The notes: generated by a model from the letters alone, not told the origin. A DNA stretch of 46,905 nucleotides from Candidatus Acutalibacter ornithocaccae (GCA_019118965.1 DWXZ01000130.1:1-46905); one strand, 5' to 3'; shown: positions 1 to 9,990, counted from the first letter of the stretch. Translations and numbers: made by a program.

Positions 1-329
1 TCCTCGTTGATGGTGCCGCCCACCGCGCACAGGGAGTTGTGGCAGCAGGTGAGCACATAGGGCATGGGGAACTTCTCCATGCCGGAGGCCCGGGCCGTCT
101 GGATGATGCCCACATAGGTGATGTCGTGGGAGGCCAGGGCGTCAAAGCGGATTTGCAGGGAGGCGGGGTCGCCGCTGTGGTTGTGGGCCTGCAAAATGTT
201 GTAGGCAATGGTGGCTTTCTTCGCCTGCTGGGGGGTGGCGTCTTGCAGGCGGGGGTCCCCCTGGGCCTGGGCAGCCGGCACCAGCTGGCCGTCCACCAGG
301 TATACGCCGCCTTCGTGAAGCTTTATCAT
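1..329 (-). CDS. Aconitase-family hydratase (YbhJ-like), 5' part only; runs off the window edge and is absent from the ORF track
   Basis: Manual translation from ATG at 329 (RBS GAAGGA): [14 protein letters not shown]...[16 protein letters not shown]...[50 protein letters not shown], typical of the YbhJ-type hydratase N-terminus. Confidence 0.85.
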   Translation of the reverse strand, partial: MIKLHEGGVYLVDGQLVPAAQAQGDPRLQDATPQQAKKATIAYNILQAHNHSGDPASLQIRFDALASHDITYVGIIQTARASGMEKFPMPYVLTCCHNSLCAVGGTINE

Positions 330-514
330 GGCAATCCTTCTTTCTCTCTAGGGTATTTTTCCAAACCCGCGGGGAGTGGCCCGGGGCTGCTCTGTTTTTC
401 AGGGTTACATGCCTTCTAGTTTCCGCGCTGCCGCAAGGAACTGGCTTGGGGCATTTTCTCTGCCCCCATCGCTTGGGCACGCGGGCTGCGGCTTACGCGG
501 CCTGTTTATGGATA

Positions 515-523
515 AGTATAGCA
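515..523 (-). promoter_or_regulatory. Extended -10 promoter (TGcTATACT) for the hydratase gene, giving a leader of about 180 nt
   Basis: Plus strand AGTATAGCA reads TGCTATACT on the minus strand, just downstream of the GH35 terminator. Confidence 0.5.
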
Positions 524-554
524 TAAAATCCGGCGGGGCGCACGTTTTTCCGGC

Positions 555-596
555 AAAAAAGAAAAAATCCCCGGGGCCCGCGGGGGTCCCAGGGAT
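555..596 (-). terminator. Rho-independent terminator after the GH35 gene
   Basis: GC stem ATCCC-CGGGGCCC...GGGGTCCC-AGGGAT followed by a T-run on the minus strand. Confidence 0.7.
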
Positions 597-601
597 ACTT
601 G

Positions 602-2659
602 TCAAAACTCGCGGTAGAAATTGCCGCCCAATTCCGAGAGGGCCAGGAAGCACTCCTTGCCGTACAGCAGGCTGGCGGGCACCCGCCAGGGCGCCCCGTA
701 GTAGAAGCTGTCCGCCACCAGCTGGCCATCTGCGTACAGCTGGCCCACATCGTAGGGGCCGGGTATCTCCACAAAGCCCTCCGCCGTGGAGACGGAAAGC
801 CGCTGCCAGGTGACGGGCCGCTCCCCGCCCACGAAAAGCTCCCGCAAGGTGGGGGCTTCCAAGGGGGCTGCCGCCAGCGGCTCCCGGGTGAGGGCGGCGG
901 GCTGGAAGGGGCGCTCCACGGCAAGGGGGGCAAAGCACTGGCCCTCCCAGCGGTAGGCGGAGAAGCTGCCCTCCTCGATGGCGGCCAGGCTGCCGTCCTC
1001 CTGGTAGAGGTTGCAGCCCTCCCCCAGGTACAGGCCGCCGGGCAGCCTGCGCAGGTATTGGGCCTGCTCCCAGGGCAAGGTGACCAGCTGCATCTCCCCC
1101 ACCTGCCGGGGCGCTAGGCCGGGCTCCGGGGAGAGGACGTCCCTGCCCTGGAAGGCGTACCGGGGCGGGATGCCGGGGATGGCCGCGAAGAACAGGGTGT
1201 TGCCCTCCCGGCAGATGGGCTGAGCCGTGGCCCAGGTGAGGAGCTCCCCGCCCAGGGGCAGGTTGTAGGGCAGGAAGAAGGCCACCTCCCCCCGGACGTC
1301 CAAAGGCGGGAAGCAAAGGCTGCCGGTGTCTATCTCCGCGGACAGCACGTCCTCCAGGGGGTGGAGCCGCTGGTAGTGGTTGACAAACACAAAGCCCCCT
1401 TCCCCATTGGTGCGCAGGGCATACCGCAGGGAAGCGCTGTCCTCCGGCGGGACAAGGCGCTGGGCCTCCACCGCCTCCATGGGGGCGAACAGCTCCCCAA
1501 AGTCCTGGAGGAACAGGTGCAGCAGGTTCAACAGGCCGTACTGGCCCCGTGCCTCCCCGTACTGGGAGAGGGGTGCTTGGAAATCGTAGGAGAGAATGGG
1601 GCAGTCGTTGGGATAGCCGGACTCCTTGGACTCGTTGAGGGCGCTAAAGCGTCCCAGCTTGTTGGTGCCGCCGTGGTACATATAGTAGCCGGGCAGGTTG
1701 TTCCCCGCCCCCAGCTTGCACAAGGCCAGGGCGTACACGTCCATGGGCCGGATGCGGGGCCGCCGGTGGTACGTCACCTGGATGCCCCCGCCCAGCTCAC
1801 AGGTGGCAAAGGGGTAGCGCTCGTAGGGGAGGCGCCAGCCGTCTGGGCCGGTTTGGGCGATTTGGTCGGCGCCAATGGCGGAGTCGTTGCGCATCCGGTT
1901 GAAGGTGAAGGCGTGGGAGGGCGGCAAAGGCTCCAAGGTGCTGGCCCAGGGGGCGTCGGCGTAGGCGCCAAAGACAGGCAGCACCTCGTCCACGGGGATT
2001 TGGGCGCCGCAGACATTGTCCCAGCCGGTCACCGTCCACAAGGGCGCCTGGAAGCCCACCTCTTGGGCCAGGCGCTTTAGGGCCAGCAGGTGGGGGGCGT
2101 TGTTCACCAGCTCGTTTTCCAGCTGGATGCCCACAATGGGCCCGCCCTCCTGGTAGGAGAGGCCCTGCACCTGGCGGTAGATTTCCCGGTACCACAGGCG
2201 GGCTTTCTCCAGGTAGCCGGGGTTGTTGTCCCGCAGGGGGTAGGGCTTTTGCAGCAGCCAGTCTGGGAAGCCGCCGTTGCGGCACTCGCCGTGGGCCCAG
2301 GGGCCGATGCGTATCACCACCTCCAGGCCCGCCCGCTGGCACTCCAGCAAAAAGGCGCGGATGTCCCTGTCGCCGGTGAAGTCGAACCGGCCTTCCTCCT
2401 CCTCGTGGTAAATCCAGAACAGGTAGGTGGCCACCACGGTGACGCCGCCGGCTTTCATCTTGCACAGCTCCCGGTACCAGTGCGGCCGGGAGCTGCGGGA
2501 GAAGTGGAACTCTCCCATAATGGGGACCCAGGGCTTGCCGTCCCGCTCCAGGTAGAGGTTGTTCACGTCGATGCGCCCGCCCTGGGGGTTGGCGCCGCCC
2601 AGGTTCAGGTGGCCCCGGACCAAGGGCGTTTTTGCATAGGGCTGAAAGGTGTACCGCAT
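602..2659 (-). CDS. GH35 beta-galactosidase-family glycosidase
   Basis: GEFHFSR, KMKAGG..VATYLFWIYHE, RIGPWAHGECRNGGFPDW, QLENE (acid/base), CELGGG, YYMYHGGTN, SYDFQAPL motifs; RBS AAGGAG. Confidence 0.9.
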   Translation of the reverse strand: MRYTFQPYAKTPLVRGHLNLGGANPQGGRIDVNNLYLERDGKPWVPIMGEFHFSRSSRPHWYRELCKMKAGGVTVVATYLFWIYHEEEEGRFDFTGDRDIRAFLLECQRAGLEVVIRIGPWAHGECRNGGFPDWLLQKPYPLRDNNPGYLEKARLWYREIYRQVQGLSYQEGGPIVGIQLENELVNNAPHLLALKRLAQEVGFQAPLWTVTGWDNVCGAQIPVDEVLPVFGAYADAPWASTLEPLPPSHAFTFNRMRNDSAIGADQIAQTGPDGWRLPYERYPFATCELGGGIQVTYHRRPRIRPMDVYALALCKLGAGNNLPGYYMYHGGTNKLGRFSALNESKESGYPNDCPILSYDFQAPLSQYGEARGQYGLLNLLHLFLQDFGELFAPMEAVEAQRLVPPEDSASLRYALRTNGEGGFVFVNHYQRLHPLEDVLSAEIDTGSLCFPPLDVRGEVAFFLPYNLPLGGELLTWATAQPICREGNTLFFAAIPGIPPRYAFQGRDVLSPEPGLAPRQVGEMQLVTLPWEQAQYLRRLPGGLYLGEGCNLYQEDGSLAAIEEGSFSAYRWEGQCFAPLAVERPFQPAALTREPLAAAPLEAPTLRELFVGGERPVTWQRLSVSTAEGFVEIPGPYDVGQLYADGQLVADSFYYGAPWRVPASLLYGKECFLALSELGGNFYREF

Positions 2660-2696
2660 ATTTCCGCGCTCCTTTTCAAAAGGGTAAAGTAGGCCA

Positions 2697-5378
2697 TCAG
2701 GGGGCCAGGCTGGCGAAAAGCTCCGGGGGCAATTCCTGCTGGGGGGCGAAGCTCTCGGAATCCATGTACTGGTAGAGGGAGTGGAGCAAAGCCCGGGCCT
2801 CGGGGTACTGCTGCAAATCCTGCAGGCCCATGGAGGAGACCAGAATCACGCCGCCACCGCAGCGGGCCTCAAAGAGCTGGGCCATGGGCCGCAGGTAGGC
2901 GTAGCAGTCCATCTCGGTGACAATGGCCTGGATGGTGCGGGGCAGCACAAAGGCCCGCTGGGAGGCCATGGGCCACCACTGCCAGTTGGTGTGATACTCG
3001 GTGGGGAAGCTTTGGAAAATGGGGTGCTGGGTGTCGATGAGCTGGCCCATGCTCCCCTCTTGGGCGGGGAAGGTGCCCACGGACCAGAAGTCCGTGGTGA
3101 ACTGGGTGCCGATGGACTGGGGCATGTGCTCCTTGTCCGCGGGAGGGGCCAGGAACACCTTGCCGCCCTGGGCCAGCACCTGCCGGGCTTTCTCGTCAAA
3201 GGAGCGCGTCTCGTACACAGAGGCGGGGCAGCGGGGCTCCACAGGGGGATACATCCACAAGGGATAGGTGTTCTCCACCTCTCCCACCGCCAGGCGCAGC
3301 TCCAGGCGCTGGGCCTGCTCCAAGGCGGGCAGCTGGAACGTCACCGCGCCCAGGGGCGTGCGCTTGCCGGCGGGGCAAGGCCGGGCGGGCAGGCTGCCGG
3401 CCAGGGACACGCCGGGGCCTGTCAAGGTGTACTCCAGGGGGGCGGAAAGCTCTGTCTTGCCGTAGTTTGCCAGGAAGAACTCTCCAGTGAAGCTCTCCCC
3501 CGCCTGGTAGGTGTACCGGGGCAGGGAGGCCAGCACCAGCCTATCTCGGAAGAAGGCCTGGAAGGCCTCCGGCCGGGCAAAGGCAAAGGGCTTGGGCTTG
3601 AGGTGGGAATCCATCATGCCCACCAAGGCGGTGCCCTGGCCGGGGAAGTCCTGAAGCTGCAGCAGGGAGATGCCGGACATCTCGTCGGTGTTCATGGCGG
3701 CCTCCACCTCGGCCCGGTAGCCGATGCGGGAGAGCTCGCCGGTGGCCTCTACATACCGCTTCCACACAGGCTCCAGGCCCTGCTGGCGCACCTTCTCCTG
3801 GATGATGCGGTAGTTGGCCGGGTCGGAGACGCCCTGGAAGTCCTGGAGCTCGTCGAAGTCCGGGAGGATTTCGAACTGGCCCACCTCAAAGCTGAACACG
3901 GGCTTTTGATAGGTTTGGCGCAGCTGGGCCATGGAGGCGTCGTAGTTTTCCCCGGGGGCGGGGTACTTGTTGTTGATAAACCCGGGCAGGCGGCCGGGGT
4001 CGTTCTCCCCCAGGGCGCTGGTGCCGCGAATCATGTGGGTGAAATACTGGGTGCTGGTGTAGAAGTCGCTTTCCGGGTCGCAGCCCTTGGTGCCGTAGAA
4101 CACGTTGGAGCCCCAGGCGTACAGCCGGGTGGAGTCCTGGGCGCGGGCCATATCCAGCAGGCTGTGGATGCGGCGGATGCCCTCCTCGTCGGTCCACAGC
4201 TCGTTGCCAAAGGTGAGCATCACAAAGGAGGGGTGGTTGGCAAGGCAGCGGAGAATCTGCCGCAGCTCGGCGGTGTAATAGTCCAGGCTCTCCTGGTCCA
4301 GGAAGGCGGTGTGGGGGTTCCAGTGGGAGAGCTCGGGCTGCATCATCATGCCCAGCTCGTCGGCGGCGGCAAAGGCGGCCTCCGGCGGGCAGTGGGAGTG
4401 GAACCGCATGACGTTGACGCCGTAGGACTTGTACATCTCCAACACTTTGCGCCAGGCCTCCACCGTCATGGGGGGATGGCCCTCCTCGGGGAACTCGGCG
4501 CAGTTGGCCTCCCCCCGCAGGAAGAAAGCGCGGCCGTTGAGGGCCAGGCGGCCCTCCTTGGCGCCAAAGGTGCGCACGCCAAAGCGGACTGTCTTTTCAT
4601 CGCTGCCACTGAGGGCGGCGATGAGCTGGTACAGGTTGCCCTCGTACTCGTCCCAGCGCCGGACGCCGGCGGCCAGGGGCAGCTCCTCCAGCTGGAACAG
4701 GTGCTCGCCGGGCTCCAGGGCGATGGCCCGCTCCACCGGGGCGGCCAGGGCCGGAGACGCCAGGGACAGCGTGCCCCGGTAGGCCTGGGCGGCGGAGACT
4801 TCCACCTGGACGGAGAGAGTTTCCTCCCCGGGGTAGACCCGCACACTGCGCAGGAACACCGGCGCCTCATCCCGCAGGCCCAAGTCCCCCAGGACGCCGT
4901 TCCAGTTGGTCTGGGTCTCGTCGGTGGCGGCGGAGGAATAGACAATGGCGTCGTGGGGCCAGCCGGGGTAGCTGTTGTCGGAGATGAGCTCCACCTGGCT
5001 GCCGGGCTTTACCAGGCCCGTCACCTCGAATACGTAGGGGGTGCTGATGGTGGGCTCCTCAAAGGGGGCAACCTCCTGGCCGTCTACCAACAGACGCAGG
5101 TGGCGGGCACGGCCCACCTGGAAGAACACCCGGCGGCCCTGGGGCGGCTGCCAATCCACCACGCGGCGGAAGGTGACGGGGCCCTCGTAGGTGTGCTTGC
5201 GGGTGAAGCGCCCGGCAATGGGGGCGCCGCCGCCTTTGCGCTCCCCGGGGGGAAGGCGCTGGTCCTCGCCGGAATCGGCGTAGCCGATGTTGTTTTCATC
5301 CAAGGTGCCGGGCAGCGTCACGGGGTAGGACGCGCCCTCCCACACAGCTTCCCAGCTGCCTGCCAGTGCGTAGAACAT
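2697..5378 (-). CDS. GH2-family glycoside hydrolase
   Basis: N-terminal sugar-binding domain (LPGTLDEN, YEGPVTF, WNGVLG), LNGRAFFLRG, RFHSHCPPEAAFAAADELG, NHPSFVMLTFGNE; RBS AGGAGG. Confidence 0.88.
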   Translation of the reverse strand: MFYALAGSWEAVWEGASYPVTLPGTLDENNIGYADSGEDQRLPPGERKGGGAPIAGRFTRKHTYEGPVTFRRVVDWQPPQGRRVFFQVGRARHLRLLVDGQEVAPFEEPTISTPYVFEVTGLVKPGSQVELISDNSYPGWPHDAIVYSSAATDETQTNWNGVLGDLGLRDEAPVFLRSVRVYPGEETLSVQVEVSAAQAYRGTLSLASPALAAPVERAIALEPGEHLFQLEELPLAAGVRRWDEYEGNLYQLIAALSGSDEKTVRFGVRTFGAKEGRLALNGRAFFLRGEANCAEFPEEGHPPMTVEAWRKVLEMYKSYGVNVMRFHSHCPPEAAFAAADELGMMMQPELSHWNPHTAFLDQESLDYYTAELRQILRCLANHPSFVMLTFGNELWTDEEGIRRIHSLLDMARAQDSTRLYAWGSNVFYGTKGCDPESDFYTSTQYFTHMIRGTSALGENDPGRLPGFINNKYPAPGENYDASMAQLRQTYQKPVFSFEVGQFEILPDFDELQDFQGVSDPANYRIIQEKVRQQGLEPVWKRYVEATGELSRIGYRAEVEAAMNTDEMSGISLLQLQDFPGQGTALVGMMDSHLKPKPFAFARPEAFQAFFRDRLVLASLPRYTYQAGESFTGEFFLANYGKTELSAPLEYTLTGPGVSLAGSLPARPCPAGKRTPLGAVTFQLPALEQAQRLELRLAVGEVENTYPLWMYPPVEPRCPASVYETRSFDEKARQVLAQGGKVFLAPPADKEHMPQSIGTQFTTDFWSVGTFPAQEGSMGQLIDTQHPIFQSFPTEYHTNWQWWPMASQRAFVLPRTIQAIVTEMDCYAYLRPMAQLFEARCGGGVILVSSMGLQDLQQYPEARALLHSLYQYMDSESFAPQQELPPELFASLAP

Positions 5379-5428
5379 ACAAAAACCTCCCTAGGAAAAG
5401 GGCAAAGCTGTGCCCTTTGTTTTCCTCC

Positions 5429-5492
5429 AGTATAGCCGGGGCCGCCGGGGAAGGGAATGCGCAATGTTCCCATTTCCTGGACAATCTTCCAG
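5429..5492 (-). promoter_or_regulatory. AraC-type activator site pair plus -10 (TATACT) for the GH2-GH35 operon
   Basis: Minus-strand CTGGAAGATTGTCCA (5478-5492), second half-site GAACATTGCGCA 20 bp further, then 23 bp to TATACT (5429-5434); same geometry as 6416-6479. Confidence 0.7.
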
Positions 5493-5507
5493 GGAAGGGG
5501 CGGAAGC

Positions 5508-6395
5508 TCACTCCTGATAGTGGAAATACTCGCTGTTCTGGTACTCCTTGGGGGAGATGCCCACCACCTTACGGAAGATGCGGGAAAAGTAGTAGGGGTC
5601 CTGGTAGCCCAGGCGCTGGGCCACCTCGTAGACGCGCAGGTTGGTGGAGCGGAGCATCTTGCAGGCTTCCTTCATTTTCAGGCGGAGGAAGAAATCCATG
5701 GGCGAGCGGCCGGTGTGCTTTTGGAACAGGGCGTGCAGGCCGCTTTTGGACAGGTCGAACTCCTGGGCCAGCTGCTCCAGGGTGAGGGGCTCCCCCAGGT
5801 GGCGCACCATGTAGCGGACGATGTCCGTCACCCGGCGGCTGCCCTCCCCGCCGCCCTTGCGCTCCCGCTGGTACAGCTCCCCCAAAATGAGGGAGAGCAC
5901 CTGGGAGAGGTAGATGAAGTTGCCCAAGGTGTAGTCCCCCTCCAGGGCGCGGAACAGCAGGTCGAAGAGGAACATCATGCGGTTTTCCTCGTGGATGCCG
6001 GAAAAGCTTACAAGGCGCTCCTCGTCCAGGGGGTAAAAGGCGGTGTCCTCCCCTTTGAAGTGGACCCAGAGGATGCTCCAGGGCTCCTCGCCGCAGGCCC
6101 AGTAGCGGTGCCCCCGCCACCGGGGGATGCAGAAGGCCTGGTTGGGGCCCAGGTGATATTCCCGGCCCTCCACCCGGATGACGCCCTTCCCCTCTGTGCA
6201 GTAAATGAGGATGTACTCTTCAATCCCGTCCTTTCGCTCCCGGTAGTGGTCTTGGGCACAGGGGAAAAAGCCCACGTCTGTAAGGTAGAGCCGGCGCACC
6301 AAGGGGTGCTCTACATAGTCCCGGAAGGCCTCGGTGGGCAGCACAATCATGCGCTCGCCTTTAAAGCCCTCTCGTTTTTCCACAGTGTGATTCAT
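5508..6395 (-). CDS. AraC-family transcriptional regulator (AraC-binding cupin + HTH)
   Basis: Likely start MNHTVEKREGFKGERMIVLP; YLTDVGFFP, PWSILWVHFKG; C-terminal HTH LEQLAQEFDLSKS...VAQRLGYQDPYYFSRIFRK. Confidence 0.9.
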   Translation of the reverse strand: MNHTVEKREGFKGERMIVLPTEAFRDYVEHPLVRRLYLTDVGFFPCAQDHYRERKDGIEEYILIYCTEGKGVIRVEGREYHLGPNQAFCIPRWRGHRYWACGEEPWSILWVHFKGEDTAFYPLDEERLVSFSGIHEENRMMFLFDLLFRALEGDYTLGNFIYLSQVLSLILGELYQRERKGGGEGSRRVTDIVRYMVRHLGEPLTLEQLAQEFDLSKSGLHALFQKHTGRSPMDFFLRLKMKEACKMLRSTNLRVYEVAQRLGYQDPYYFSRIFRKVVGISPKEYQNSEYFHYQE

Positions 6396-6415
6396 GGAAA
6401 CAGCATAGCACAAAG

Positions 6416-6479
6416 CTGGAAGATTGTCCATCATTGTTGTGGATTTCCCATTTTCTCCGCCCCCAAAAGGCGCTACAAT
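6416..6479 (+). promoter_or_regulatory. AraC-type activator site pair plus -10 (TACAAT) for the DUF5107 gene
   Basis: CTGGAAGATTGTCCA (6416-6430), half-site GTGGATTTCCCA 20 bp later, then 23 bp to TACAAT (6474-6479). Confidence 0.7.
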
Positions 6480-6525
6480 AGCCATAAAAGCAAGGCCGCG
6501 CGGCGGCCAGAAGGAGGAGTGCGCC

Positions 6526-9500
6526 ATGCGCCAAGTGAAGGTTTGGGAAGAAGAAATCACCATCCCCACCTACCGGGCCTGCCGGCCGGAGACGGCCCCG
6601 CTGTTTTTGGAGAACCGGGCCTACCAGGGCAGCTCGGGGAAGGTGTACCCCTTCCCGGTGACGGAGAAAATCTCCGACGAGAAGGAGGACGTAACCTATC
6701 AGGCGGTGTTTTTGGAGAACGAGTACTTGCAGGTGATGGTGCTGCCCCAGCTGGGGGGGCGCATCCAGCGGGCGTTGGACAAGACAAATGGCTACGACTT
6801 TGTCTACTACAACCACGTGGTAAAGCCCGCCTTGGTGGGGCTGTGCGGCCCCTGGGTGTCCGGAGGCATTGAGTTCAACTGGCCCCAGCACCACCGGCCC
6901 ACCACCTTCTCCCCGGTGGACTACACCTTGGAGCGGCGGGAGGACGGCTCCTGCACGGTGTTTGTGGGGGAGACGGACCGGATGTACGGCACCAAGGGCA
7001 CCGCGGCCATCACCCTGTACCCGGGGAAGGCCTACATTGAGATACAGGGGCGGCTGTACAACCCCACGGACCTGCCCCAGACCTTCCTGTGGTGGGCCAA
7101 CCCCGCCGTGCCGGTGAACGAGAACACCTACTCCGTGTTCCCGCCGGACGTCAACGCGGTGATGGACCACGGCCGCCGGGCGGTTTCCACCTTCCCCATC
7201 GCCACGGGGGAATACTACAAGTTCGACTACTCCGCCGGGGTGGACATCTCCCGGTACAAGAACATCCAGGTGCCCACCTCTTACATGGCGGCCCACTCGG
7301 ACTACGACTTCATCGGCAACTACGACGAGGGCCGCCAGGCCGGGCTGCTCCACGTGGCGGACCACCACGTCTCCCCGGGGAAAAAGCAGTGGACCTGGGG
7401 CTGCGGCGACTTTGGCAAAAGCTGGGACAGGAACCTCACCGACGAGGACGGCCCCTACATTGAGCTGATGACCGGGGTGTTCACCGACAACCAGCCGGAT
7501 TTCACCTGGCTGAAACCCCAGGAGGAAAAGACCTTCACCCAGTATTTCATGCCCTACAAGGGCGTGGGCCGGGTGGGCAACGCCACCAAGGACGCCGCCC
7601 TCAGCCTGGAGCCCGCCGGAGAGGGGAAGGCCCTGGTGAAAGTCTACGCCACGGGGGAGTATCCCCAGGCGGAGGTAACTCTCACCCGGGCGGGGGAAGA
7701 ACTGTTCAGGGCCAAGGCGGACCTCTCCCCCGCCGCCTGCTGGCAGGGGGAGGCGCCTGTGCCGGGAAGCCTGACCGGCTGCCGGGTGGAGGTCCGGGCC
7801 CAGGGGAAGCTCCTGGCGGCGCTGGAGGTGCAGGAACCCAAGCTGGAGGCCGTCCCCGACCCGGCGGAGCCTCTGCCCGAGCCCGGGAAGCTGGCCACCA
7901 CCGAGGAGCTGTACCTGGCCGCCACCCACTTGGAGCAGTACCGCCACGCCACCCGGAACCCGGAGGACTACTACCTGGAAGGGCTGCGCCGAGACCCCAC
8001 GGACATCCGGCTGAACAACGGCTATGGGCTGCTGCTGTACCGCCGGGGCCAGGCGGTGGAGAGCCTGCCCTATTTCCGGGCGGCCATCGCAAAGCAGACA
8101 TGGAAGAATCCCAACCCCTACGCCGGGGAGTGCTGGTTCAACCTGGGCCTGGCTTTGGAGGCCGCCGGCCAGGAGCGGGAAGCCTTTGACGCCTTTTACA
8201 AATCCACCTGGAGCGCCGAAACCCAGAGCGCCGGGTTCTACTGGCTGGGCTGCCTCTCCGCCCGCCAGGGGAAGCTGGAGGAGGCCCTGGGCTTTGTGGA
8301 GAACTCCTTGGTGCGCAACTGGCACAACCAGAAGGGCCGGGTGCTCAAGGGGGCGCTGCTGCGGCTGCTGGGCCGGGACAACCGGGGCCTGCTGGAGGAG
8401 AGCCTGGCCATCGACCCCCTGGATTTGGGCTCCCGGTACGAGGCGGGGCTGGCCCAGGGCAGCCTGGCGGAGTGGAAATCCCTGATGCGGGAGGAGGCAC
8501 ACAACTACCTCACGCTGGCCCTTATCTACCGGGAGGCGGGGCTCTACGAAGATGGGCTGGCCATTTTGGAGGCCTGCCCCCAGGAAAGCCCCTTGGTTTC
8601 CTATTATAAGGGCAGCCTGCTGCGCAAGCTGGGCAGGCAGGCGGAAGGGGCTGCCGCCTTCCAAGAGGGCGAGGGGCGCTGCCCGGACTACTGCTTCCCC
8701 AACCGCCTGGAGGAGCTGGGCTTTTTGCAAGAGGCGGTGGAAGCGCTGCCCCAGGCGCCCATGGCCCACTACTACCTGGGCTGCCTGCTCTACGACAAGA
8801 AGCTCTACCAGGAGGCCGCCGCCCACTGGGAGGCTGCGGTGAGGGAGAAACCCGGCCTGGCCATGGCCTGGCGGAACTTGGCCATCTACCGCTACAACAA
8901 GGCCCAGGACGGTCCCGGGGCCCAGGAGGCCATGGAGCGGGCCCTGTCCCTGGAGCCGGGCCAGGCGCGGTTTTTGCTGGAGTACGACCAGCTCGCCGCC
9001 CGGCTGGGAGTGCCCGCCGCCCAGCGGCTGGCCGCGCTGGAAGCCCGCCCGGAGCTGGTGGCCCAGCGGGACAATTTGGCCTTGCGGGAAATCACCCTGC
9101 TGAACCGGGCGGGCCGCTATGAGGAGGCCTTGGCTGGGCTGCTGGGACGGCGCTTCCACCCCTGGGAGGGGGGCGAGGGCAAGGCCAGCGCCCAGTACCG
9201 CCGGGCGCTTATCCACCTGGCCTGCCAGGCTTTGGAGGAAAACGCCCCTGCCAAGGCGGTGGAGCTGCTGGAGCGCAGCCTCTCCTACCCGGAAAGCCTG
9301 GGGGAAGGCAAGCTGCCCAACGTGCCGGACAACCAGGCCCACTACTATCTGGGCGTGGCCTGGCAGCGCCTGGGGGACGAGGCCCAGGCGGAGGCGCACT
9401 TCCGCAAGGCCGCCGCTGGTCCCCGGGAGCCGGAGGTGGTCCGCTATTACAACGACCAGCCCTCGGACTTCCTCTACTACCAGGGGCTGGCCCACCGGGC

Positions 9501-9792
9501 CCTGGGGCAGGAGGACCAGGCCCTGGGGTGCTTCCACCGGCTGGCGGCCTTTGGGGAGCGGCACCTCTTTGACAAGGTGGAGGTGGACTTCTTCGCCGTG
9601 AGCCTGCCGGAGATTGAGATGTTCCAAGAGGACCTGGGGGAGCGCAACGCCCGCTACTGCAACTACCTGCGGGCTCTGGGCGCCTTGGGCCTGGGCCAGG
9701 AGGAAAAGGCCGCCGCCCTGCTGGGGGAGGTAAGCCGCAGCACCGCGGAACAGCCTGACCTGGACCTCTCCCCCACGCCGGGGATGGTTTGA
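6526..9792 (+). CDS. DUF5107-domain tetratricopeptide-repeat protein (YphG-like)
   Basis: Start MRQVKVWEEEITIPTY after AAGGAGG; RAYQGSSGKVYP, LENEYLQVMVLPQLGGRI, SGGIEFNWPQHHRP, PGKKQWTWG; many TPR repeats; FHPWEGGEG. Confidence 0.85.
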   Translation: MRQVKVWEEEITIPTYRACRPETAPLFLENRAYQGSSGKVYPFPVTEKISDEKEDVTYQAVFLENEYLQVMVLPQLGGRIQRALDKTNGYDFVYYNHVVKPALVGLCGPWVSGGIEFNWPQHHRPTTFSPVDYTLERREDGSCTVFVGETDRMYGTKGTAAITLYPGKAYIEIQGRLYNPTDLPQTFLWWANPAVPVNENTYSVFPPDVNAVMDHGRRAVSTFPIATGEYYKFDYSAGVDISRYKNIQVPTSYMAAHSDYDFIGNYDEGRQAGLLHVADHHVSPGKKQWTWGCGDFGKSWDRNLTDEDGPYIELMTGVFTDNQPDFTWLKPQEEKTFTQYFMPYKGVGRVGNATKDAALSLEPAGEGKALVKVYATGEYPQAEVTLTRAGEELFRAKADLSPAACWQGEAPVPGSLTGCRVEVRAQGKLLAALEVQEPKLEAVPDPAEPLPEPGKLATTEELYLAATHLEQYRHATRNPEDYYLEGLRRDPTDIRLNNGYGLLLYRRGQAVESLPYFRAAIAKQTWKNPNPYAGECWFNLGLALEAAGQEREAFDAFYKSTWSAETQSAGFYWLGCLSARQGKLEEALGFVENSLVRNWHNQKGRVLKGALLRLLGRDNRGLLEESLAIDPLDLGSRYEAGLAQGSLAEWKSLMREEAHNYLTLALIYREAGLYEDGLAILEACPQESPLVSYYKGSLLRKLGRQAEGAAAFQEGEGRCPDYCFPNRLEELGFLQEAVEALPQAPMAHYYLGCLLYDKKLYQEAAAHWEAAVREKPGLAMAWRNLAIYRYNKAQDGPGAQEAMERALSLEPGQARFLLEYDQLAARLGVPAAQRLAALEARPELVAQRDNLALREITLLNRAGRYEEALAGLLGRRFHPWEGGEGKASAQYRRALIHLACQALEENAPAKAVELLERSLSYPESLGEGKLPNVPDNQAHYYLGVAWQRLGDEAQAEAHFRKAAAGPREPEVVRYYNDQPSDFLYYQGLAHRALGQEDQALGCFHRLAAFGERHLFDKVEVDFFAVSLPEIEMFQEDLGERNARYCNYLRALGALGLGQEEKAAALLGEVSRSTAEQPDLDLSPTPGMV

Positions 9793-9826
9793 GCGGCGCT
9801 CACTCTATAAAACTCTGTTAAGATGG

Positions 9827-9862
9827 AAACGGGATGCCCTTGCGGGGTGTCCCGTTTTTCTT
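9827..9862 (+). terminator. Rho-independent terminator after the DUF5107 gene
   Basis: AAACGGGATGCCC-loop-GGGTGTCCCGTTT followed by TTCTT. Confidence 0.75.
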
Positions 9863-9894
9863 GGGGGATGTGGGGCGCCGCTTTCGCATTTAAC

Positions 9895-9923
9895 TTGTGA
9901 TGCGGGGAAAAATCTGGTATAAT
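9895..9923 (+). promoter_or_regulatory. Sigma-A promoter of the ABC operon
   Basis: TTGTGA-17 bp-TATAAT with extended TG. Confidence 0.7.
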
Positions 9924-9990
9924 CGTTTCTGTAAATTTTGCAGCCCTCCCGGGGCAGGCGCCAGTCGCTGCCCGGTGGGCATCCAGGGAG

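Noticed and set aside
2781-5435. 884 aa ORF antisense to GH2, and similar long antisense ORFs throughout
   Set aside because: Same shadow-frame artefact; no recognisable domains
6361-9627. 1088 aa ORF antisense to the DUF5107 gene
   Set aside because: Shadow ORF from high-GC codon bias; no motifs or RBS, and it mirrors a well-supported gene
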